Assembly (NCBI GenBank): GCA_963744995.1
Contig: CAVUWA010000010.1
Coordinates: 768,001-832,000, forward strand
DNA from: Candidatus Eiseniibacteriota bacterium
Lineage (GTDB): Bacteria; Eisenbacteria; RBG-16-71-46
Direction: 5' to 3'
DNA: 64,000 nt
Shown piece by piece: positions 21,785 through 34,092 of this stretch. The notes beneath the pieces were generated by a model. The model made no database searches, was not told the origin of the DNA, and saw only the letters and a list, made by a program, of their open reading frames with translations. The number at the start of each line of letters is the position of its first letter. Within the stretch, counting starts at the first letter, position 1. A program made the position numbers and the translations under genes.

Positions 21785-23844
21785 CGCCGAAATCCGCAGC
21801 GAAGCGGCCGGCTGGACGGCGCAAGGCCGCGAAGCCCGAGGCCGCGGCGCCCGGCGTGAACGGCGGCGGTCTGGATCCGCGGCGCGTGGTCGTGCAGAAC
21901 GTCCAGCCGCGCGTGGACGACGGCCGTTACCCGGTGAAGCGCAGCGCGGGCGAAACGCTCGACGTCCGTGCGGAGGTGTTCACCGATGGTCACGACCATC
22001 TCACCGTGCTGCTCCGCCACCGGCGTTCGGGCGGCCGCTGGAGCGAGACGCGGATGCGCGCGCTCGGCAACGACGAATGGCAGGCGGACCTGGTGCTCGA
22101 TCGCGAGGGTACCTGGCAGTACACCGTCGTCGCCTGGGTGAACCGTTTCGGCACCTGGCGTGACGAGCTCAGCCGCAAGGCCGCTGCCGGGCAGGACGTG
22201 GCGAGCGAGCTGCTCGAGGGCGCGGCGCTGGTGAAGGAGGCGGCCCCCCGCGCCGCCGCCGGCAGGGCGCCGTCGCTCGAAAAGATCGCCGTGCGTCTCG
22301 CCGGCCCGGAGCCCCAGGAGGCTCGCGTGGCGCTGGCGCTGGAGGACGGCCTCGCGGACACGATGCGCGCACTGTCGGCGCGCGCCGGCCTGGTCGAAGC
22401 CGAACACGTGCTCGAAGTGCGCATTGAACGCGAACGCGCTCGCTACGGCGCGTGGTACGAGATGTTCCCGCGCTCGGCGCCTTCCGCGCGGCCGCACGGC
22501 GCGAACTTCGCCGACGCCGCGAAGCGGCTGCCGGCGATCGCCGCGATGGGTTTCGACGTCGTCTACCTGCCGCCCGTTCATCCGATCGGACGGACGCACC
22601 GCAAGGGGCCGAACAACGTGCTCGCGGCGGGGCCCGAAGATCCCGGCAGCCCGTGGGCGATCGGCGCCGCCGAGGGCGGGCACAAGGCCGTGCACCCCGA
22701 GCTCGGTACGCTCGCCGACTTCGATGACTTCGTCGCGGAGGCTGGGCGAAACGGACTCGAGGTCGCGCTCGACCTCGCCTATCAGTGTTCGCCGGATCAT
22801 CCGTACGTGAAGTCGCATCCGGAGTGGTTCCGGCACCGTCCCGACGGCACGATCAAGTACGCCGAGAACCCGCCCAAGAAGTACCAGGACATCTATCCGT
22901 TCGACTTCGAATGCGCCGAGTGGCAGGCACTCTGGAACGAGCTCAAGAGCATCGTCACGTTCTGGATCGGGCACGGCGTGAACGTCTTCCGCGTCGACAA
23001 TCCGCATACCAAGCCGTTCCGCTTCTGGTCCTGGCTGATCGCCGAGATCCAGCGCGAACACCCCGGCACCGTGTTCCTCTCCGAAGCGTTCACGCGGCCG
23101 AAGGTGATGGCCCACCTCGCGAAGATCGGTTTCACGCAGTCGTACTCGTACTTCACCTGGCGCAACACGAAGGCCGAGCTCACCGAGTACTTCACCGAGC
23201 TCACGCAGACGCCGGTGCGCGAGTACATGCGTCCGAACCTGTTCGCGAACACACCCGACATCCTGCACGAGTATCTGCAGGTCGGCGGTCGCCCGGCGTT
23301 CATGACCCGCCTGGTGCTGGCGGCGACGCTCGGCGCCTCCTACGGCATCTACGGTCCGGCGTTCGAGCTGTGCGAGGGTCACGCGCACCCGGGCACCGAG
23401 GAGTACGTGGACTCGGAGAAATACCAGGTGCGGCGCTGGGACCTCGATGCACCCGGGCACATCCGCGAGATCGTCGAGCGGGTGAATCGCGCGCGCCGCG
23501 AGAACCGCGCGCTGCAGTTCGATCGCCCGCTGCGCTTTCTCGACATCGACAACGACCAGATGATCGCCTACCTCAAGACCGCGCCGGGCGGCGCGAACAC
23601 GGTGATCGTGGTCGTGAATCTGAACCCGCATCTCGTCCAGGAAGCGACGCTGCGCGTGCCGATCGAACAGCTCGGCATCACGCCGGACGAGTCGTATCAG
23701 GTGCACGATCAGCTGAGCGATGCGCGCTACCTGTGGCAGGGCGGGCACAACTACGTGCGCCTCGACCCGCACAGCTGTCCAGCGCACCTGTTCGTACTCC
23801 GTCGCAAGGTCGCGACCGAGAAGGACTTCGACTACTACGTGTAG
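21781..23844 (+). CDS. glgE: Alpha-1,4-glucan:maltose-1-phosphate maltosyltransferase
   Basis: [74 protein letters not shown]. Confidence 0.95.
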   Translation: MTPKSAAKRPAGRRKAAKPEAAAPGVNGGGLDPRRVVVQNVQPRVDDGRYPVKRSAGETLDVRAEVFTDGHDHLTVLLRHRRSGGRWSETRMRALGNDEWQADLVLDREGTWQYTVVAWVNRFGTWRDELSRKAAAGQDVASELLEGAALVKEAAPRAAAGRAPSLEKIAVRLAGPEPQEARVALALEDGLADTMRALSARAGLVEAEHVLEVRIERERARYGAWYEMFPRSAPSARPHGANFADAAKRLPAIAAMGFDVVYLPPVHPIGRTHRKGPNNVLAAGPEDPGSPWAIGAAEGGHKAVHPELGTLADFDDFVAEAGRNGLEVALDLAYQCSPDHPYVKSHPEWFRHRPDGTIKYAENPPKKYQDIYPFDFECAEWQALWNELKSIVTFWIGHGVNVFRVDNPHTKPFRFWSWLIAEIQREHPGTVFLSEAFTRPKVMAHLAKIGFTQSYSYFTWRNTKAELTEYFTELTQTPVREYMRPNLFANTPDILHEYLQVGGRPAFMTRLVLAATLGASYGIYGPAFELCEGHAHPGTEEYVDSEKYQVRRWDLDAPGHIREIVERVNRARRENRALQFDRPLRFLDIDNDQMIAYLKTAPGGANTVIVVVNLNPHLVQEATLRVPIEQLGITPDESYQVHDQLSDARYLWQGGHNYVRLDPHSCPAHLFVLRRKVATEKDFDYYV

Positions 23845-23895
23845 CCGGATCACGCGGCGGACCGCAGTGCGGCTTCGCCGGGAATCGAGACGCCC

Positions 23896-25800
23896 ATGAC
23901 GTTCCTCACCGATTACGATCTGCACCTGCTGTCCGAAGGCACCCACCTTCGCATCTACGACCGGCTCGGCGCGCATCCCGTCGAAGTCGAAGGGCAGAAG
24001 GGCACGCGCTTCGCGGTCTGGGCGCCCAACGCGAGCCGGGTGTCGGTGATCGGTGACTTCAACGGCTGGAAGGCCGGTGAGCACGAGATGCAGAACCGCG
24101 GCCACAGCGGCGTGTGGGAGTGCTTCATTCCGCGTCTGGGTCCGGGCGACGCCTACAAGTACGCGATCGAGTCGCGCTTCGGTGGGCAGAAGTTCGAGAA
24201 GGCCGATCCGGTCGGCTTCGCCGCCGAGCTGCGGCCGCGCACCGCGTCACGGGTCTGGGACCACGGCACGTACGCCTGGCACGACGCCGAGTGGGTCGCG
24301 GCCCGCGAGGCGCGGCAGAACCTCGAGGCGCCGGTTGCCGTGTACGAGATGCACCTCGGTTCGTGGCGGCGGCGGGTCGAAGAGGGCAACCGCTGGCTCA
24401 CCTACCGCGAGCTCGCTCCCGAACTGATCGAGTACGTGAAGCACATGGGCTATACGCACGTCGAGTTCCTGCCGGTGACCGAGCATCCGTTCGACGGCTC
24501 GTGGGGCTATCAGACGGTGGGCTACTTCGCGCCGACCAGCCGCTTCGGCACGCCGGACGACTTCAAGTTCCTGATCGACTCGCTGCACCAGGCCGGGATC
24601 GGTGTGATCGTCGACTGGGTGCCGGCACACTTCCCGACCGACGGCCACGGGCTCGCCTACTTCGACGGTACGCACCTCTACGAGCACGCCGACCCGCGCC
24701 TCGGCCGCCATCAGGACTGGGGCACGTTCATCTTCAACTACGGCCGCACCGAGGTCGCCAACTTCCTGCTGTCGAACGCGCTGTTCTGGATGGACCGCTA
24801 CCACGTCGATGGCCTGCGCGTGGACGCCGTGGCGTCGATGCTCTACCTCGACTACTCGCGCAAGGAAGGCGAGTGGCTGCCGAACCGCTTCGGCGGCCGC
24901 GAGAACCTCGAGGCGATCGCGTTCCTCAAGCGCCTGAACGAAAAGGTGTACGGCGAATTCCCCGGCGCGCTGATGGTCGCCGAGGAGTCCACGTCCTGGC
25001 CGATGGTCTCGCGCCCGACCTACGTGGGCGGGCTCGGCTTCGGGCTCAAGTGGGACATGGGCTGGATGCACGACATGCTGCAGTACTTCGAGCGCGACCC
25101 GGTGCATCGCAGCCACCACCAGAGCGAGCTCACGTTCCGCATGCTGTACGCGTTCACCGAGAACTTCATGCTGCCGCTCTCGCACGACGAGGTCGTGCAC
25201 GGCAAGGGCTCGCTGCTCAGGAAGATGCCGGGGGACGACTGGCAGAAGTTCGCGAACCTCAGGCTGCTGCACACGGTGATGTACGCGCAGCCCGGGAAGA
25301 AGCTGCTGTTCATGGGGGGCGAGTTCGGCCAGTGGGACGAATGGAGCCACGACAAGAGCGTGGACTGGCACCTGCTCGATCTGCCGGCCCATCAAGGCGT
25401 GCAGCGGCTGGTCCGCGACCTCAACACCCTCTACCGCGGCGAGGCGGCGATGCACGTGCTCGACTGCGATCCGGCGGGCTTCGAGTGGGTGGACTGCAGC
25501 GACGGCGCGCAGAGCGTGCTGAGCCTGCTGCGCAAGGGCCGCCGCCCCGAGGACACGGTGCTGTTCGTGTTCAACTTCACGCCGGTGCCGCGCCACAACT
25601 ACCGGGTCGGCGTGCCGTATCCGGGTCACTGGGACGAAATCCTCAACACCGACGCGCCGCTGTACGGCGGTTCGGGCCAGGGCAATCTCGGCGGGCTCGA
25701 CACGGCGCCGGTGTCGTTCCACGGCCACGCGCAATCGGTGAATCTCGTCCTGCCGCCGCTCGCGGCGGTCGCGCTGCGCCCCGCACGGAAGTCTTCATGA
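23896..25800 (+). CDS. glgB: 1,4-alpha-glucan branching enzyme
   Basis: [67 protein letters not shown]. Confidence 0.95.
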   Translation: MTFLTDYDLHLLSEGTHLRIYDRLGAHPVEVEGQKGTRFAVWAPNASRVSVIGDFNGWKAGEHEMQNRGHSGVWECFIPRLGPGDAYKYAIESRFGGQKFEKADPVGFAAELRPRTASRVWDHGTYAWHDAEWVAAREARQNLEAPVAVYEMHLGSWRRRVEEGNRWLTYRELAPELIEYVKHMGYTHVEFLPVTEHPFDGSWGYQTVGYFAPTSRFGTPDDFKFLIDSLHQAGIGVIVDWVPAHFPTDGHGLAYFDGTHLYEHADPRLGRHQDWGTFIFNYGRTEVANFLLSNALFWMDRYHVDGLRVDAVASMLYLDYSRKEGEWLPNRFGGRENLEAIAFLKRLNEKVYGEFPGALMVAEESTSWPMVSRPTYVGGLGFGLKWDMGWMHDMLQYFERDPVHRSHHQSELTFRMLYAFTENFMLPLSHDEVVHGKGSLLRKMPGDDWQKFANLRLLHTVMYAQPGKKLLFMGGEFGQWDEWSHDKSVDWHLLDLPAHQGVQRLVRDLNTLYRGEAAMHVLDCDPAGFEWVDCSDGAQSVLSLLRKGRRPEDTVLFVFNFTPVPRHNYRVGVPYPGHWDEILNTDAPLYGGSGQGNLGGLDTAPVSFHGHAQSVNLVLPPLAAVALRPARKSS

Positions 25801-27620
25801 GCTGGCGCCCTTCGCTGGGCGCGATTCCCGAAGCCGGCGGCACCCGATTCCGCGTGCTCGCTCCGTTCGCGAAGCAGCTCGAGATCCAGCTCGAAGGCGG
25901 CACGCCGCGCCGCGTCCCGATGACCGCCGATGGCCGCGGCTACCACGATGCGTTCGTCCGGGACGCGGGTGCGGGCGCGCTCTACCGCATCGTGCTCGAC
26001 GGGCAGCCGTTCCCCGACCCCGCCTCGCGCAGCCAGCCCGAGGGCGTGCACGGACCGTCGCGCATCGTCGACCCGGCCGCGTTCCGCTGGCGCGCGGACG
26101 GCTTCCGCGGCGTGCCGCTCGCGCGTGCGGTGATCTACGAGCTGCACGTCGGCACCTTCACGCCGGAAGGCACCTTCGCCGCGCTCACAGCGCGGCTGCC
26201 GGCGCTCGCCGACCTCGGCGTCACGGTGCTCGAGCTGATGCCGCTCGCCGACTTCCCGGGGGCCCGCAACTGGGGCTACGACGGCGCCGCCCTGTTCGCG
26301 CCCGCACACTGCTACGGCGCCCCGGACGATCTGCGCCGGCTGGTGGATACGGCGCACGGGCTCGGCCTCGCCGTGCACGCGGACGTGGTCTACAACCACT
26401 TCGGCCCCGACGGCGCATACGCGGTGCCGTTCGACCCCGAGGTGTTCTCGGAGCGGCACCGCAGTCCCTGGGGCGCCGGCGTCAACCTGGACGGGCCGGG
26501 TGCGGACCGGGTGCGCGATTTCTTCATCGAGAACGCGCTCCACTGGATCCACGAGTACCGCATGGACGGGTTGCGGCTCGATGCCACCCACGCGATGGTG
26601 GACGACTCACCGCGCCACTTCCTCACCGAGCTGGCCGTGCGCGTGCGCGAAACCACGCCCGGCCGCCACGTGCCGGTGATCGCCGAGGACGGCCGCAACT
26701 GGTCGCACATCGTGAAACCCCGGGAGCAGGGCGGCTGGGGGCTCGACGCGGTGTGGGCCGACGACTTCCATCACTCGCTGCGCCGTCTGCTCGCCGGCGA
26801 CTCCGACGGCTACTTCCGCAACCTGCGCGGCACCGCGGCGGAGCTGGCGGCGATCCTCCGGGACGGCTGGCGATTCGGCCCGGACCACGCCTACGGCCAG
26901 CGCGACAGCCGCACCTCGCCGGCCGGGCTGCCGCCTGAGTCCTTCGTGATCGCGGCGCAGAATCACGATCAGATCGGCAACCGCGCGTTCGGCGAGCGCC
27001 TGCACCACCAGATCGAGCCGGCGGCGTGGCGCGCGGCGAGCGCGCTGCTGCTGCTCGCGCCGCAGACCCCGCTGCTGTTCATGGGGCAGGAATGGGCGGC
27101 GAGCGCTCCGTTCCACTTCTTCACCGACCACGCCGAACCGCTCGGCTCGCAGGTGACGCGCGGCCGGCTCGCCGAATTCGCGCACTTCGAGGCGTTTCAG
27201 AACGCCGCGACGCTGGAGCGGATTCCGGACCCGCAGGCGCCGGCGACGTTCGCGGCGAGCCGCCCCGACTGGGCCGAGCGTAACGCCGGCGTCCACGCCG
27301 CGACACTCAGGCTCTACCGCGCGCTGCTCGCGCTCAGACGCGAGCACCCGGCGCTCGCCCGCGATCCCGACGCGGGCCACGACGCGCGGGCACTCGATGC
27401 CGACACGATCCTGCTCACCCGTACGGCCGGCGGCGCGCGGCTCACCGCCCTGGTGCGGCTGCGCGGCGCAGGCACGGTGGACCCGGGCGCGGCACCGGGG
27501 ACGGTGCGGCTCACCACCGAGGACCCGCCGTTCGCCGCCGCGCCGCGCGCGCCACGCATCGAGGGCACGCGGATCGCGTTCGAGCGTCCGGGCGCGGTCG
27601 TGTTCGAGGCGGGACCGTGA
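25797..27620 (+). CDS. treZ: Malto-oligosyltrehalose trehalohydrolase
   Basis: [80 protein letters not shown] overlap. Confidence 0.93.
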   Translation: MSWRPSLGAIPEAGGTRFRVLAPFAKQLEIQLEGGTPRRVPMTADGRGYHDAFVRDAGAGALYRIVLDGQPFPDPASRSQPEGVHGPSRIVDPAAFRWRADGFRGVPLARAVIYELHVGTFTPEGTFAALTARLPALADLGVTVLELMPLADFPGARNWGYDGAALFAPAHCYGAPDDLRRLVDTAHGLGLAVHADVVYNHFGPDGAYAVPFDPEVFSERHRSPWGAGVNLDGPGADRVRDFFIENALHWIHEYRMDGLRLDATHAMVDDSPRHFLTELAVRVRETTPGRHVPVIAEDGRNWSHIVKPREQGGWGLDAVWADDFHHSLRRLLAGDSDGYFRNLRGTAAELAAILRDGWRFGPDHAYGQRDSRTSPAGLPPESFVIAAQNHDQIGNRAFGERLHHQIEPAAWRAASALLLLAPQTPLLFMGQEWAASAPFHFFTDHAEPLGSQVTRGRLAEFAHFEAFQNAATLERIPDPQAPATFAASRPDWAERNAGVHAATLRLYRALLALRREHPALARDPDAGHDARALDADTILLTRTAGGARLTALVRLRGAGTVDPGAAPGTVRLTTEDPPFAAAPRAPRIEGTRIAFERPGAVVFEAGP

Positions 27621-30547
27621 GCGCGCGCGGCGGTACGGCGCAGCCCGGCCCGGCCGCGGCGCCCGGGCCGGAGCGGGGCCGGACGCCCCGCACGACGCCG
27701 CCCGCCAGCAGCTGCCGCCTCCAGCTCCACGCCGGCTTCGATTTCGACGACGCGGCGCGTATCGTGCCCTATCTCGCGCGGCTCGGCGTGGGCGCGGTCT
27801 ACACCTCGCCGCTGCTCGCCGCCGCGGCCGGCAGCACCCACGGATACGACATCGTCGATCACGCCCGCGTGAACCCCGAGCTCGGCGGCGAGGAGGGCTT
27901 CGACGCGTTCACGCGCACGCTGCGCGCACACGGTCTGGCGCTGATCATGGACTTCGTGCCCAACCACATGGGCGTCGAGGCCGCGCGCGCCAACCGCTGG
28001 TGGTGGGACGTCCTCGAGAACGGGACCGCATCGCGCTTCGCCCGCTACTTCGACATCGACTGGGCCCCGGTCAAGCGCGAGCTCGCGGGCCGCGTGCTGC
28101 TGCCGGTGCTCGGCGATGCTTACGGCCGCGTGCTCGAACGCGGCGAGCTCGCCCTCGAGACCGCGCCCGGCGGGCGGATCGACGTGCGCTACTTCGATCG
28201 CGCCTTCCCGCTCGATCCCGGCACGCTGCCGTCGCTGTTCGCGCCGGCCGCGCCGGGGCTCGCCGCCGTGCTCGGCGCGCGTCACCCCGCGGTGCAGGAA
28301 TGGATGAGCATTCTCGCGAGCCTCGACCACCTGCCGGGCCGCGATGCCGGCGGAGAAGTGCAGCGCGCCGAGCGCGAGCGCGAGGCGCACACGGCCCGCG
28401 CCCGCATCGCGCGCCTCATGGAGGACGTCCCTGAGATCGCCGTCCACGTGGCGGCGCGCATCGAGGCGGTGAACGGCGTGCCGGGCGATCCGGCGAGCTT
28501 CGACGCGCTGCACGCGCTGCTCGACGCCCAGGCCTACCGGCTCGCGCACTGGCGGACCTCGTTCCACGAGATCAACTACCGGCGCTTCTTCGACGTCAAC
28601 GGTCTCGCCGCGCTGCGCATGGAGGAACCGGACGTGTTCGACGCCACGCACGCGCGGGTGCTCGAGTGGGTGCGGCAGGGACGCCTCGACGGGCTCCGGC
28701 TCGATCACGTGGACGGACTGTTCGACCCGGCGGCCTACCTCGCGCGCCTGCGTCGCGCGGTGGACGAGGCGCGCGGCGCCGGAACGCCGTTCTACCTCGT
28801 GGTCGAAAAGATCCTCTCGCCGGGCGAATCGCTGCGCCGCGACTGGCCGATCGACGGCACCACCGGCTACGACTTCATGAACGACGTCAACGGGTTGTTC
28901 GTGGACGGCACGGCCGAGCGTCGCATGACCGCGATCGCGCGCCGTTTCACCGGCGCCCGCGAACCGTTCGCGGATCTCGTCTACGAGGCCAAACGCGACG
29001 TCATGGACAGCACCCTCGCGAGCGAGCTCAACGTGCTGGCCCATGCGCTCAACGGCCTCTCCGAACGCTCGCGCCGCGATCGTGACTTCACCCTCAACAG
29101 CCTGCGCACGATGCTGCGCGAGGTGGTGGCCTGCTTCCCGGTCTACCGCACCTACCTCGCCCCCGGCGAGACGGACGCGGACGACGCGCGGGTCGTGCGC
29201 CACGCGATCGCCACCGCGCAGCGCCGCAACCCCGACACCGACCCGTCGATCTTCGGCTTTCTCGATCGCGTGCTGCTCGGCGGCGACGACGCGATCGCGG
29301 ATCCCGCCGAAGCGGCGCGCCGGCGGCGCTTCGCCATGCAGTTCCAGCAGTTCACCGGGCCGGTCAAGGCCAAGGGGCTCGAGGACACGGCGTTCTACCG
29401 CAGTCACGTGCTGGTGTCGCTCGACGAGGTCGGCGGCGCGCCGCAGCGTTTCGGCCGCACACCCGCCGCGTTCCATGCGGCCAACGCCACCCGCCGCGAG
29501 GCATGGCCGGCGGCGATGCTGTGCACCGCGACGCACGACATGAAGCGCGGCGAGGACGTGCGGACCCGAATCGACGCGCTGTCGGAGATTCCGGACGCCT
29601 GGGCGCGCGAGGTGTTCCGCTGGACGCGCATCAACTCGAGCGCGCACACGCGACCGGACGACGGCGCACCCGCACCGGACCGCAGCGACGAGTACCTGTT
29701 CTACCAGACGCTGCTCGGCGCATGGCCGGCGGGTGCGGTGGACGCCGCGGCGCTCGCCGAGCGCCTCACGGCCTACATGCTCAAGGCGACGCGCGAGGCG
29801 AAGCGGCACACGAGCTGGATCCACCCGAACGCCGAATACGAGGACGCCACGCGGCGGTTCGTCACGCGCGTCCTCACCGGCCGCGTGGCGCGGCGCTTCC
29901 TGCCCGCGTTCGAGCCGTTCCAGCGCCGGATCGCCGCGGCCGGCATGGTGCAATCGCTCGCCCAGGTCGTGTTGAAAACCGCCGCTCCGGGCGTGCCCGA
30001 CTTCTACCAGGGCACCGAGGGCTGGGACCTGTCGCTGGTGGACCCGGACAACCGCCGCCCGGTGGACTTCGCCGCCCGGGCCCGTGCGCTCGATGCGCTC
30101 GAGCCGCTGCTCGACGGGGCGCCTCCGGCCGAGGCGCTCGCGGCCCTGCTCGCGACGTGGCCTGACGGCCGGGTGAAGACGTTCGTGACCGCGGCCGCGC
30201 TCAGGACCCGCGCCGCACGAGCCGCGCTGTTCCTCGAGGGCGACTACCTGCCCGTTCACGCGGCGGGCGAACATGCGGCGCACGTGGTCGCGTTCGCCCG
30301 CACGCGCCACGGCGAGGCCGCGCTGGCCCTGGCCCCGCGGCTGGTACTCGGCCTGTCGGACGACGCGCCGCCCCTCGGCGAGATCTGGGGTGATACGCGT
30401 CTCGTGCTGCCGGAGGCGATCGCCGGCCGCCGCTTGCGCGACGCATTCGGCGGCGCGACACTGCCCGCCGCTTCCGGTGGACCGCGGCTGGCGGATCTCC
30501 TCCGCCATTTCCCGGCCGCCCTGTTCGTCACCGAGACGAGATCATGA
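27617..30547 (+). CDS. treY: Malto-oligosyltrehalose synthase
   Basis: GSTHGYDIVDH, DFVPNHMG, WWWDVLENG, INYRRFFDV, GLRLDHVDGLFDP, VVEKIL, QQFTGPVKAKGLEDTAFYR, ATHDMKRGED, SLVDPDNRRPVD. Confidence 0.95.
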   Translation: MSARGGTAQPGPAAAPGPERGRTPRTTPPASSCRLQLHAGFDFDDAARIVPYLARLGVGAVYTSPLLAAAAGSTHGYDIVDHARVNPELGGEEGFDAFTRTLRAHGLALIMDFVPNHMGVEAARANRWWWDVLENGTASRFARYFDIDWAPVKRELAGRVLLPVLGDAYGRVLERGELALETAPGGRIDVRYFDRAFPLDPGTLPSLFAPAAPGLAAVLGARHPAVQEWMSILASLDHLPGRDAGGEVQRAEREREAHTARARIARLMEDVPEIAVHVAARIEAVNGVPGDPASFDALHALLDAQAYRLAHWRTSFHEINYRRFFDVNGLAALRMEEPDVFDATHARVLEWVRQGRLDGLRLDHVDGLFDPAAYLARLRRAVDEARGAGTPFYLVVEKILSPGESLRRDWPIDGTTGYDFMNDVNGLFVDGTAERRMTAIARRFTGAREPFADLVYEAKRDVMDSTLASELNVLAHALNGLSERSRRDRDFTLNSLRTMLREVVACFPVYRTYLAPGETDADDARVVRHAIATAQRRNPDTDPSIFGFLDRVLLGGDDAIADPAEAARRRRFAMQFQQFTGPVKAKGLEDTAFYRSHVLVSLDEVGGAPQRFGRTPAAFHAANATRREAWPAAMLCTATHDMKRGEDVRTRIDALSEIPDAWAREVFRWTRINSSAHTRPDDGAPAPDRSDEYLFYQTLLGAWPAGAVDAAALAERLTAYMLKATREAKRHTSWIHPNAEYEDATRRFVTRVLTGRVARRFLPAFEPFQRRIAAAGMVQSLAQVVLKTAAPGVPDFYQGTEGWDLSLVDPDNRRPVDFAARARALDALEPLLDGAPPAEALAALLATWPDGRVKTFVTAAALRTRAARAALFLEGDYLPVHAAGEHAAHVVAFARTRHGEAALALAPRLVLGLSDDAPPLGEIWGDTRLVLPEAIAGRRLRDAFGGATLPAASGGPRLADLLRHFPAALFVTETRS

Positions 30548-31335
30548 GCAGCCGCATCTGGTGGGGTGAAACGCGGATCCCGGTCGGCACCACGACGCGC
30601 TGGTGCGTCGGACCGCTGACGTTCTGGATCCATCGCCGCGCGGGCGAGTGGCGCGTCGCGCGCGACGAAGATCCTGGTGCGCCGCTCGACCGGCTCCTGG
30701 TCGCGAGCCCCGAGGGCGCAGACGACCTGTGGCTCAGGAAGGACGTCCTGCGCTTCGCCCTCGGCGTCGAAGCCGCTGACACGGTGCAGCTCACGCCGCA
30801 GCTCGCGGACCGCGGCGTGGTGACGAAGCCCGACCGCACGCTGCTGATCCCGCCCGACACGGACATGAACGTCTACGTGAGCAGCCCCCTGTGGGTCGCG
30901 ATCGCGGCGTCGGGACGCGAACTGACCTCCTTCCCCATTCTCACCCCGTTCGAAACCTGGTTCGGACCGTCGCCGCGCGAGGGCGAGCTGTGTTACGCGA
31001 CCCACACCTCGTGCCGATTGCGCTGGGACGACGGTCTGTATCGCCCCTACCGCGCGCTGACCGCGGTCCGGGTCATGAACCGCAGCCGCAAGCCGCAGCC
31101 GTTCGACCGGATCAGGGTGCCCGTCAACCTGCTGGCACTGTACGTCGCGCCCGACGGCACGCTATGGTCACAGGACGTGATGCTCAGCGTGGGCCCGGAC
31201 GGCACGCGTTCGCCGCTCCAGATCCAGCAGGGTCCGCCCGGCACCCTGGGCGGACTCACGGTCGTCTCGAACGCACGCGAAGTCGTGACCGAGCGGAACC
31301 TCGCGCGCACGTTCGGCGTCTGGCTGCCGCGGTAG
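30544..31335 (+). CDS. DUF432-like hypothetical protein
   Basis: ATGA-coupled to treY. The PQLADRGVVTKP…VYVSSPLWV…TWFGP…GELCYA pattern resembles DUF432 proteins often found beside mscS. Confidence 0.55.
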   Translation: MSSRIWWGETRIPVGTTTRWCVGPLTFWIHRRAGEWRVARDEDPGAPLDRLLVASPEGADDLWLRKDVLRFALGVEAADTVQLTPQLADRGVVTKPDRTLLIPPDTDMNVYVSSPLWVAIAASGRELTSFPILTPFETWFGPSPREGELCYATHTSCRLRWDDGLYRPYRALTAVRVMNRSRKPQPFDRIRVPVNLLALYVAPDGTLWSQDVMLSVGPDGTRSPLQIQQGPPGTLGGLTVVSNAREVVTERNLARTFGVWLPR

Positions 31336-31357
31336 CCGTCAACCGTCGAGGTCGCAC

Positions 31358-32176
31358 TTGAACGATCTGCTGCACTGGCTGAAGGACGCGCGGCTGGGCC
31401 TCGAGGCACTGGCGATCCTCGGGATCGCCTGGGTGCTCACGCGCTTCGTCGGCGGCTGGATCCGGCGTTCGCCGCTCGCCGCGCAGCAGCGGCTGGTGCT
31501 CACGCGCCTCGTCAACACGGTGGTCCTCGGACTCGCCGTGGCCGGGGCGCTGAGCACGTTCGGGCTCAAGCTCGGCGTGCTGCTCGGCGCCGCCGGCATC
31601 GTCACCATCGCGCTCGGCTTCGCGGCGCAGACCTCGGTATCGAATCTCATCAGCGGCATCTTCCTGATGGCCGAGCAGCCGTTCGTGATCGGCGACGTCA
31701 TCGAGGTCGACGGCACGACCGGCGAAGTGCTGGCGATCGACCTGATCTCGGTCAGGCTGCGCACGTTCGACAACATCCTCGTGCGGATCCCCAACGAGAC
31801 GATGCTCAAGGCGAACGTCCGCAACATCACCCACTTTCCGATCCGCCGCGCCGAGATCACGATCGGCGTCGCCTATCGCGAGGACCTGCCCCGCGTGAAG
31901 GCGCTGCTGCTCGAGATCGCCGACCGCAATCCGCTCGCGCTGCGCGAGCCGGCGCCGCTGGTGATCTACACGGGCTTCGCCGATTCGGCGATCACCATGC
32001 TCTACGCGGTGTGGGGCGCACGGGAGCACTTCCTCGATCTGCGCAACTCGCTCTACGAGGAAGTGAAACGCAGCTTCGCCGAACAGGGCGTCGAGATCCC
32101 CTTCCCGCACCGCACGATCTACGCGGGCTCGGCGACGAAGCCGCTCCCCGTGCAGGTGACGGGGCCGACATCATGA
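31358..32176 (+). CDS. mscS: Small-conductance mechanosensitive channel
   Basis: GAAGIVTIALGFAAQTSVSNLISG, PFVIGDVIEV, TFDNILVRIPN, GVEIPFPHR. TTG start. Confidence 0.9.
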   Translation: MNDLLHWLKDARLGLEALAILGIAWVLTRFVGGWIRRSPLAAQQRLVLTRLVNTVVLGLAVAGALSTFGLKLGVLLGAAGIVTIALGFAAQTSVSNLISGIFLMAEQPFVIGDVIEVDGTTGEVLAIDLISVRLRTFDNILVRIPNETMLKANVRNITHFPIRRAEITIGVAYREDLPRVKALLLEIADRNPLALREPAPLVIYTGFADSAITMLYAVWGAREHFLDLRNSLYEEVKRSFAEQGVEIPFPHRTIYAGSATKPLPVQVTGPTS

Positions 32177-34044
32177 GCCGCCTCCGCCCGCGCCTCGCGG
32201 CCGCCGGTCTCGCCGCGGCGTTCCTCGCGCTGCTCGTCCACGCGCTGCCGCTGCGCGCGCTCGCGGCTGCGGTAGCCGCGCCGGGCAGCACGTTCACCGA
32301 CAGCGCCGGCCTGGATTCGGCACGGGCCGATTCGGCGCGGGCCGATTCGGCGCGCGGCGACTCGCCCGCCGACAGCGTGGCCACCGCGCCGGCGGCCATG
32401 CAGGGCCCGCTGCTGCCCGACACCGCGGCGGCCGCCGCGCTGCTCGAGGTCGCCGGCGCCGCACAGGCCGAGACCACCGAGATCGCCCTCCCCACCGCCA
32501 CCGTGCCGGTGTTCCTCGGCGGGCGCGAGCTGGTGCGGATCCGCAGCCCGCGCGAAGGGCTCGACCCCGCCGAGCGCGCCGCCGCGATCCGGCGCCGCCT
32601 GAGCGCGGTCGTGGCGGATCGCAAGCTGGCTCCCGACTCGGTGAAGCTGGTGAGTTCCACCGACGGCGTCGAGCTGCGGCTCGGCACGGCGTTGCTCATG
32701 GTGATCACCCCGGGCGATGCGCCCACCACGGATCCCAACGAACTCGGCCTGTGGCTCGCGAATCTGGCCGAGGACACGCGCGACGGCATCCGTCGCGAGC
32801 GCAGCGGACGCACGCCGGTGCGGCTGCTGATCTCGGCCGGCCTCGCGGTGTTGTTCACGCTGATCGCGATCGCCCTGTTCCGCGTGCTCGTCATGCTGTC
32901 GAAGCGCTGGCACCTCTGGCTGAGCGGCTACCTGCGCGAGCGGCTGCCGGCGATCCGGATCCGCAACTTCGAGGTGCTGTCGCGCTATCAGCTGTCGTCC
33001 GCGGTGCTCGCGGTGCTCGGCCGGCTCGACGTCGTGGTCGGGCTGTTGATGCTCTACGCGTACCTGACGTCGGTGTTCTCGCTGTTCCCCTATACGCAGG
33101 GCTGGGCCTACCTGCTGCTGCACTTCGCGACGACGCACCTGCGCGACTTCGTGTTGAACGTCGGGCGGGCGATCCCGGGTCTGATCGTCATCGTCGTGAT
33201 CTTCGGGTTCTTCCGCTGGCTCGCGCAGCTCTCGGACCGGTTCTTCGACGCGATCCGCGACGGCAATCTGGCATTTGCGGGATTCCACCCGGACCTGGCC
33301 CGCCCGAGCAAGCGCCTGGTGCGCATCCTGCTGTGGATCATCGCGCTGATGATCTCGTACCCGTACATCCCGGGCGCGCAGAGCAAGGCGGTGCAGGGCG
33401 TGTCGATCCTGCTCGGCCTCATGGTTTCGATCGGCTCCACGAGCGTCGTCGGCAACGTGCTCGCCGGCCTCGTGCTGACCTACTCGCGCTCGTTCCGCAC
33501 CGGCGAACGCGTGAGCGTCGGCGGTCACGTCGGTGACGTGATCACCCTCGGCTTCTTCGCCACCAAGATCCGCACCATCCGCAACGAAGAGGTCACGATC
33601 CCGAACGGCCAGGTGGCGACCGGCTCGATCATCAACTACACGCGCCTCGCCGACGGTCTCGGCCTCGTGCTGCACACCGAGGTCACGATCGGCTACGACG
33701 TCGACTGGCGAAAGGTGCACGCGCTGCTGGTCGAAGCCGCGAAACGGGTCGAGGGGATCGAACACGACCCCGAACCGTACGTGTTCCAGACCGCGCTCGA
33801 CGACTCCTACGTCAGCTACGAGATCAACGCGGTCACCCACGACTCCCATGCGCAGCGCCGGCTGTACTCGGATCTCCACGCGGCGATCCAGGACACGTTC
33901 AACGAAGCCGGCGTCGAAATCCTGTCGCCCGCCTTCTCCGCCCTGCGCGACGGCAACGAAGCGCGGATGCCGGACTCGCCGAAGGGCCCGCGGCCCGGGC
34001 CGGGCGCGTTCCGGGTGCGTCGAGACGAGGCGCCGAAGGGCTGA
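32173..34044 (+). CDS. MscS-family channel with N-terminal periplasmic extension
   Basis: Signal/TM N-terminus, DSARA tandem repeats, YPYIPG.QS.A..GVSI..GL, NVLAGLVLTY.RSFR.G, EVTIGYDV.W, FNEAGVEILSP. Confidence 0.85.
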   Translation: MSRLRPRLAAAGLAAAFLALLVHALPLRALAAAVAAPGSTFTDSAGLDSARADSARADSARGDSPADSVATAPAAMQGPLLPDTAAAAALLEVAGAAQAETTEIALPTATVPVFLGGRELVRIRSPREGLDPAERAAAIRRRLSAVVADRKLAPDSVKLVSSTDGVELRLGTALLMVITPGDAPTTDPNELGLWLANLAEDTRDGIRRERSGRTPVRLLISAGLAVLFTLIAIALFRVLVMLSKRWHLWLSGYLRERLPAIRIRNFEVLSRYQLSSAVLAVLGRLDVVVGLLMLYAYLTSVFSLFPYTQGWAYLLLHFATTHLRDFVLNVGRAIPGLIVIVVIFGFFRWLAQLSDRFFDAIRDGNLAFAGFHPDLARPSKRLVRILLWIIALMISYPYIPGAQSKAVQGVSILLGLMVSIGSTSVVGNVLAGLVLTYSRSFRTGERVSVGGHVGDVITLGFFATKIRTIRNEEVTIPNGQVATGSIINYTRLADGLGLVLHTEVTIGYDVDWRKVHALLVEAAKRVEGIEHDPEPYVFQTALDDSYVSYEINAVTHDSHAQRRLYSDLHAAIQDTFNEAGVEILSPAFSALRDGNEARMPDSPKGPRPGPGAFRVRRDEAPKG

Positions 34045-34092
34045 GCGTTCCGGGGCCGCCGGGTGTGCATCACCCCGGGCGCCGTGCCGCGC

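Noticed and set aside
32314..32375. 15-bp tandem repeat (DSARA x3-4) in the large mscS gene
   Set aside because: It is an in-frame, degenerate low-complexity linker with no sign of a contingency function.
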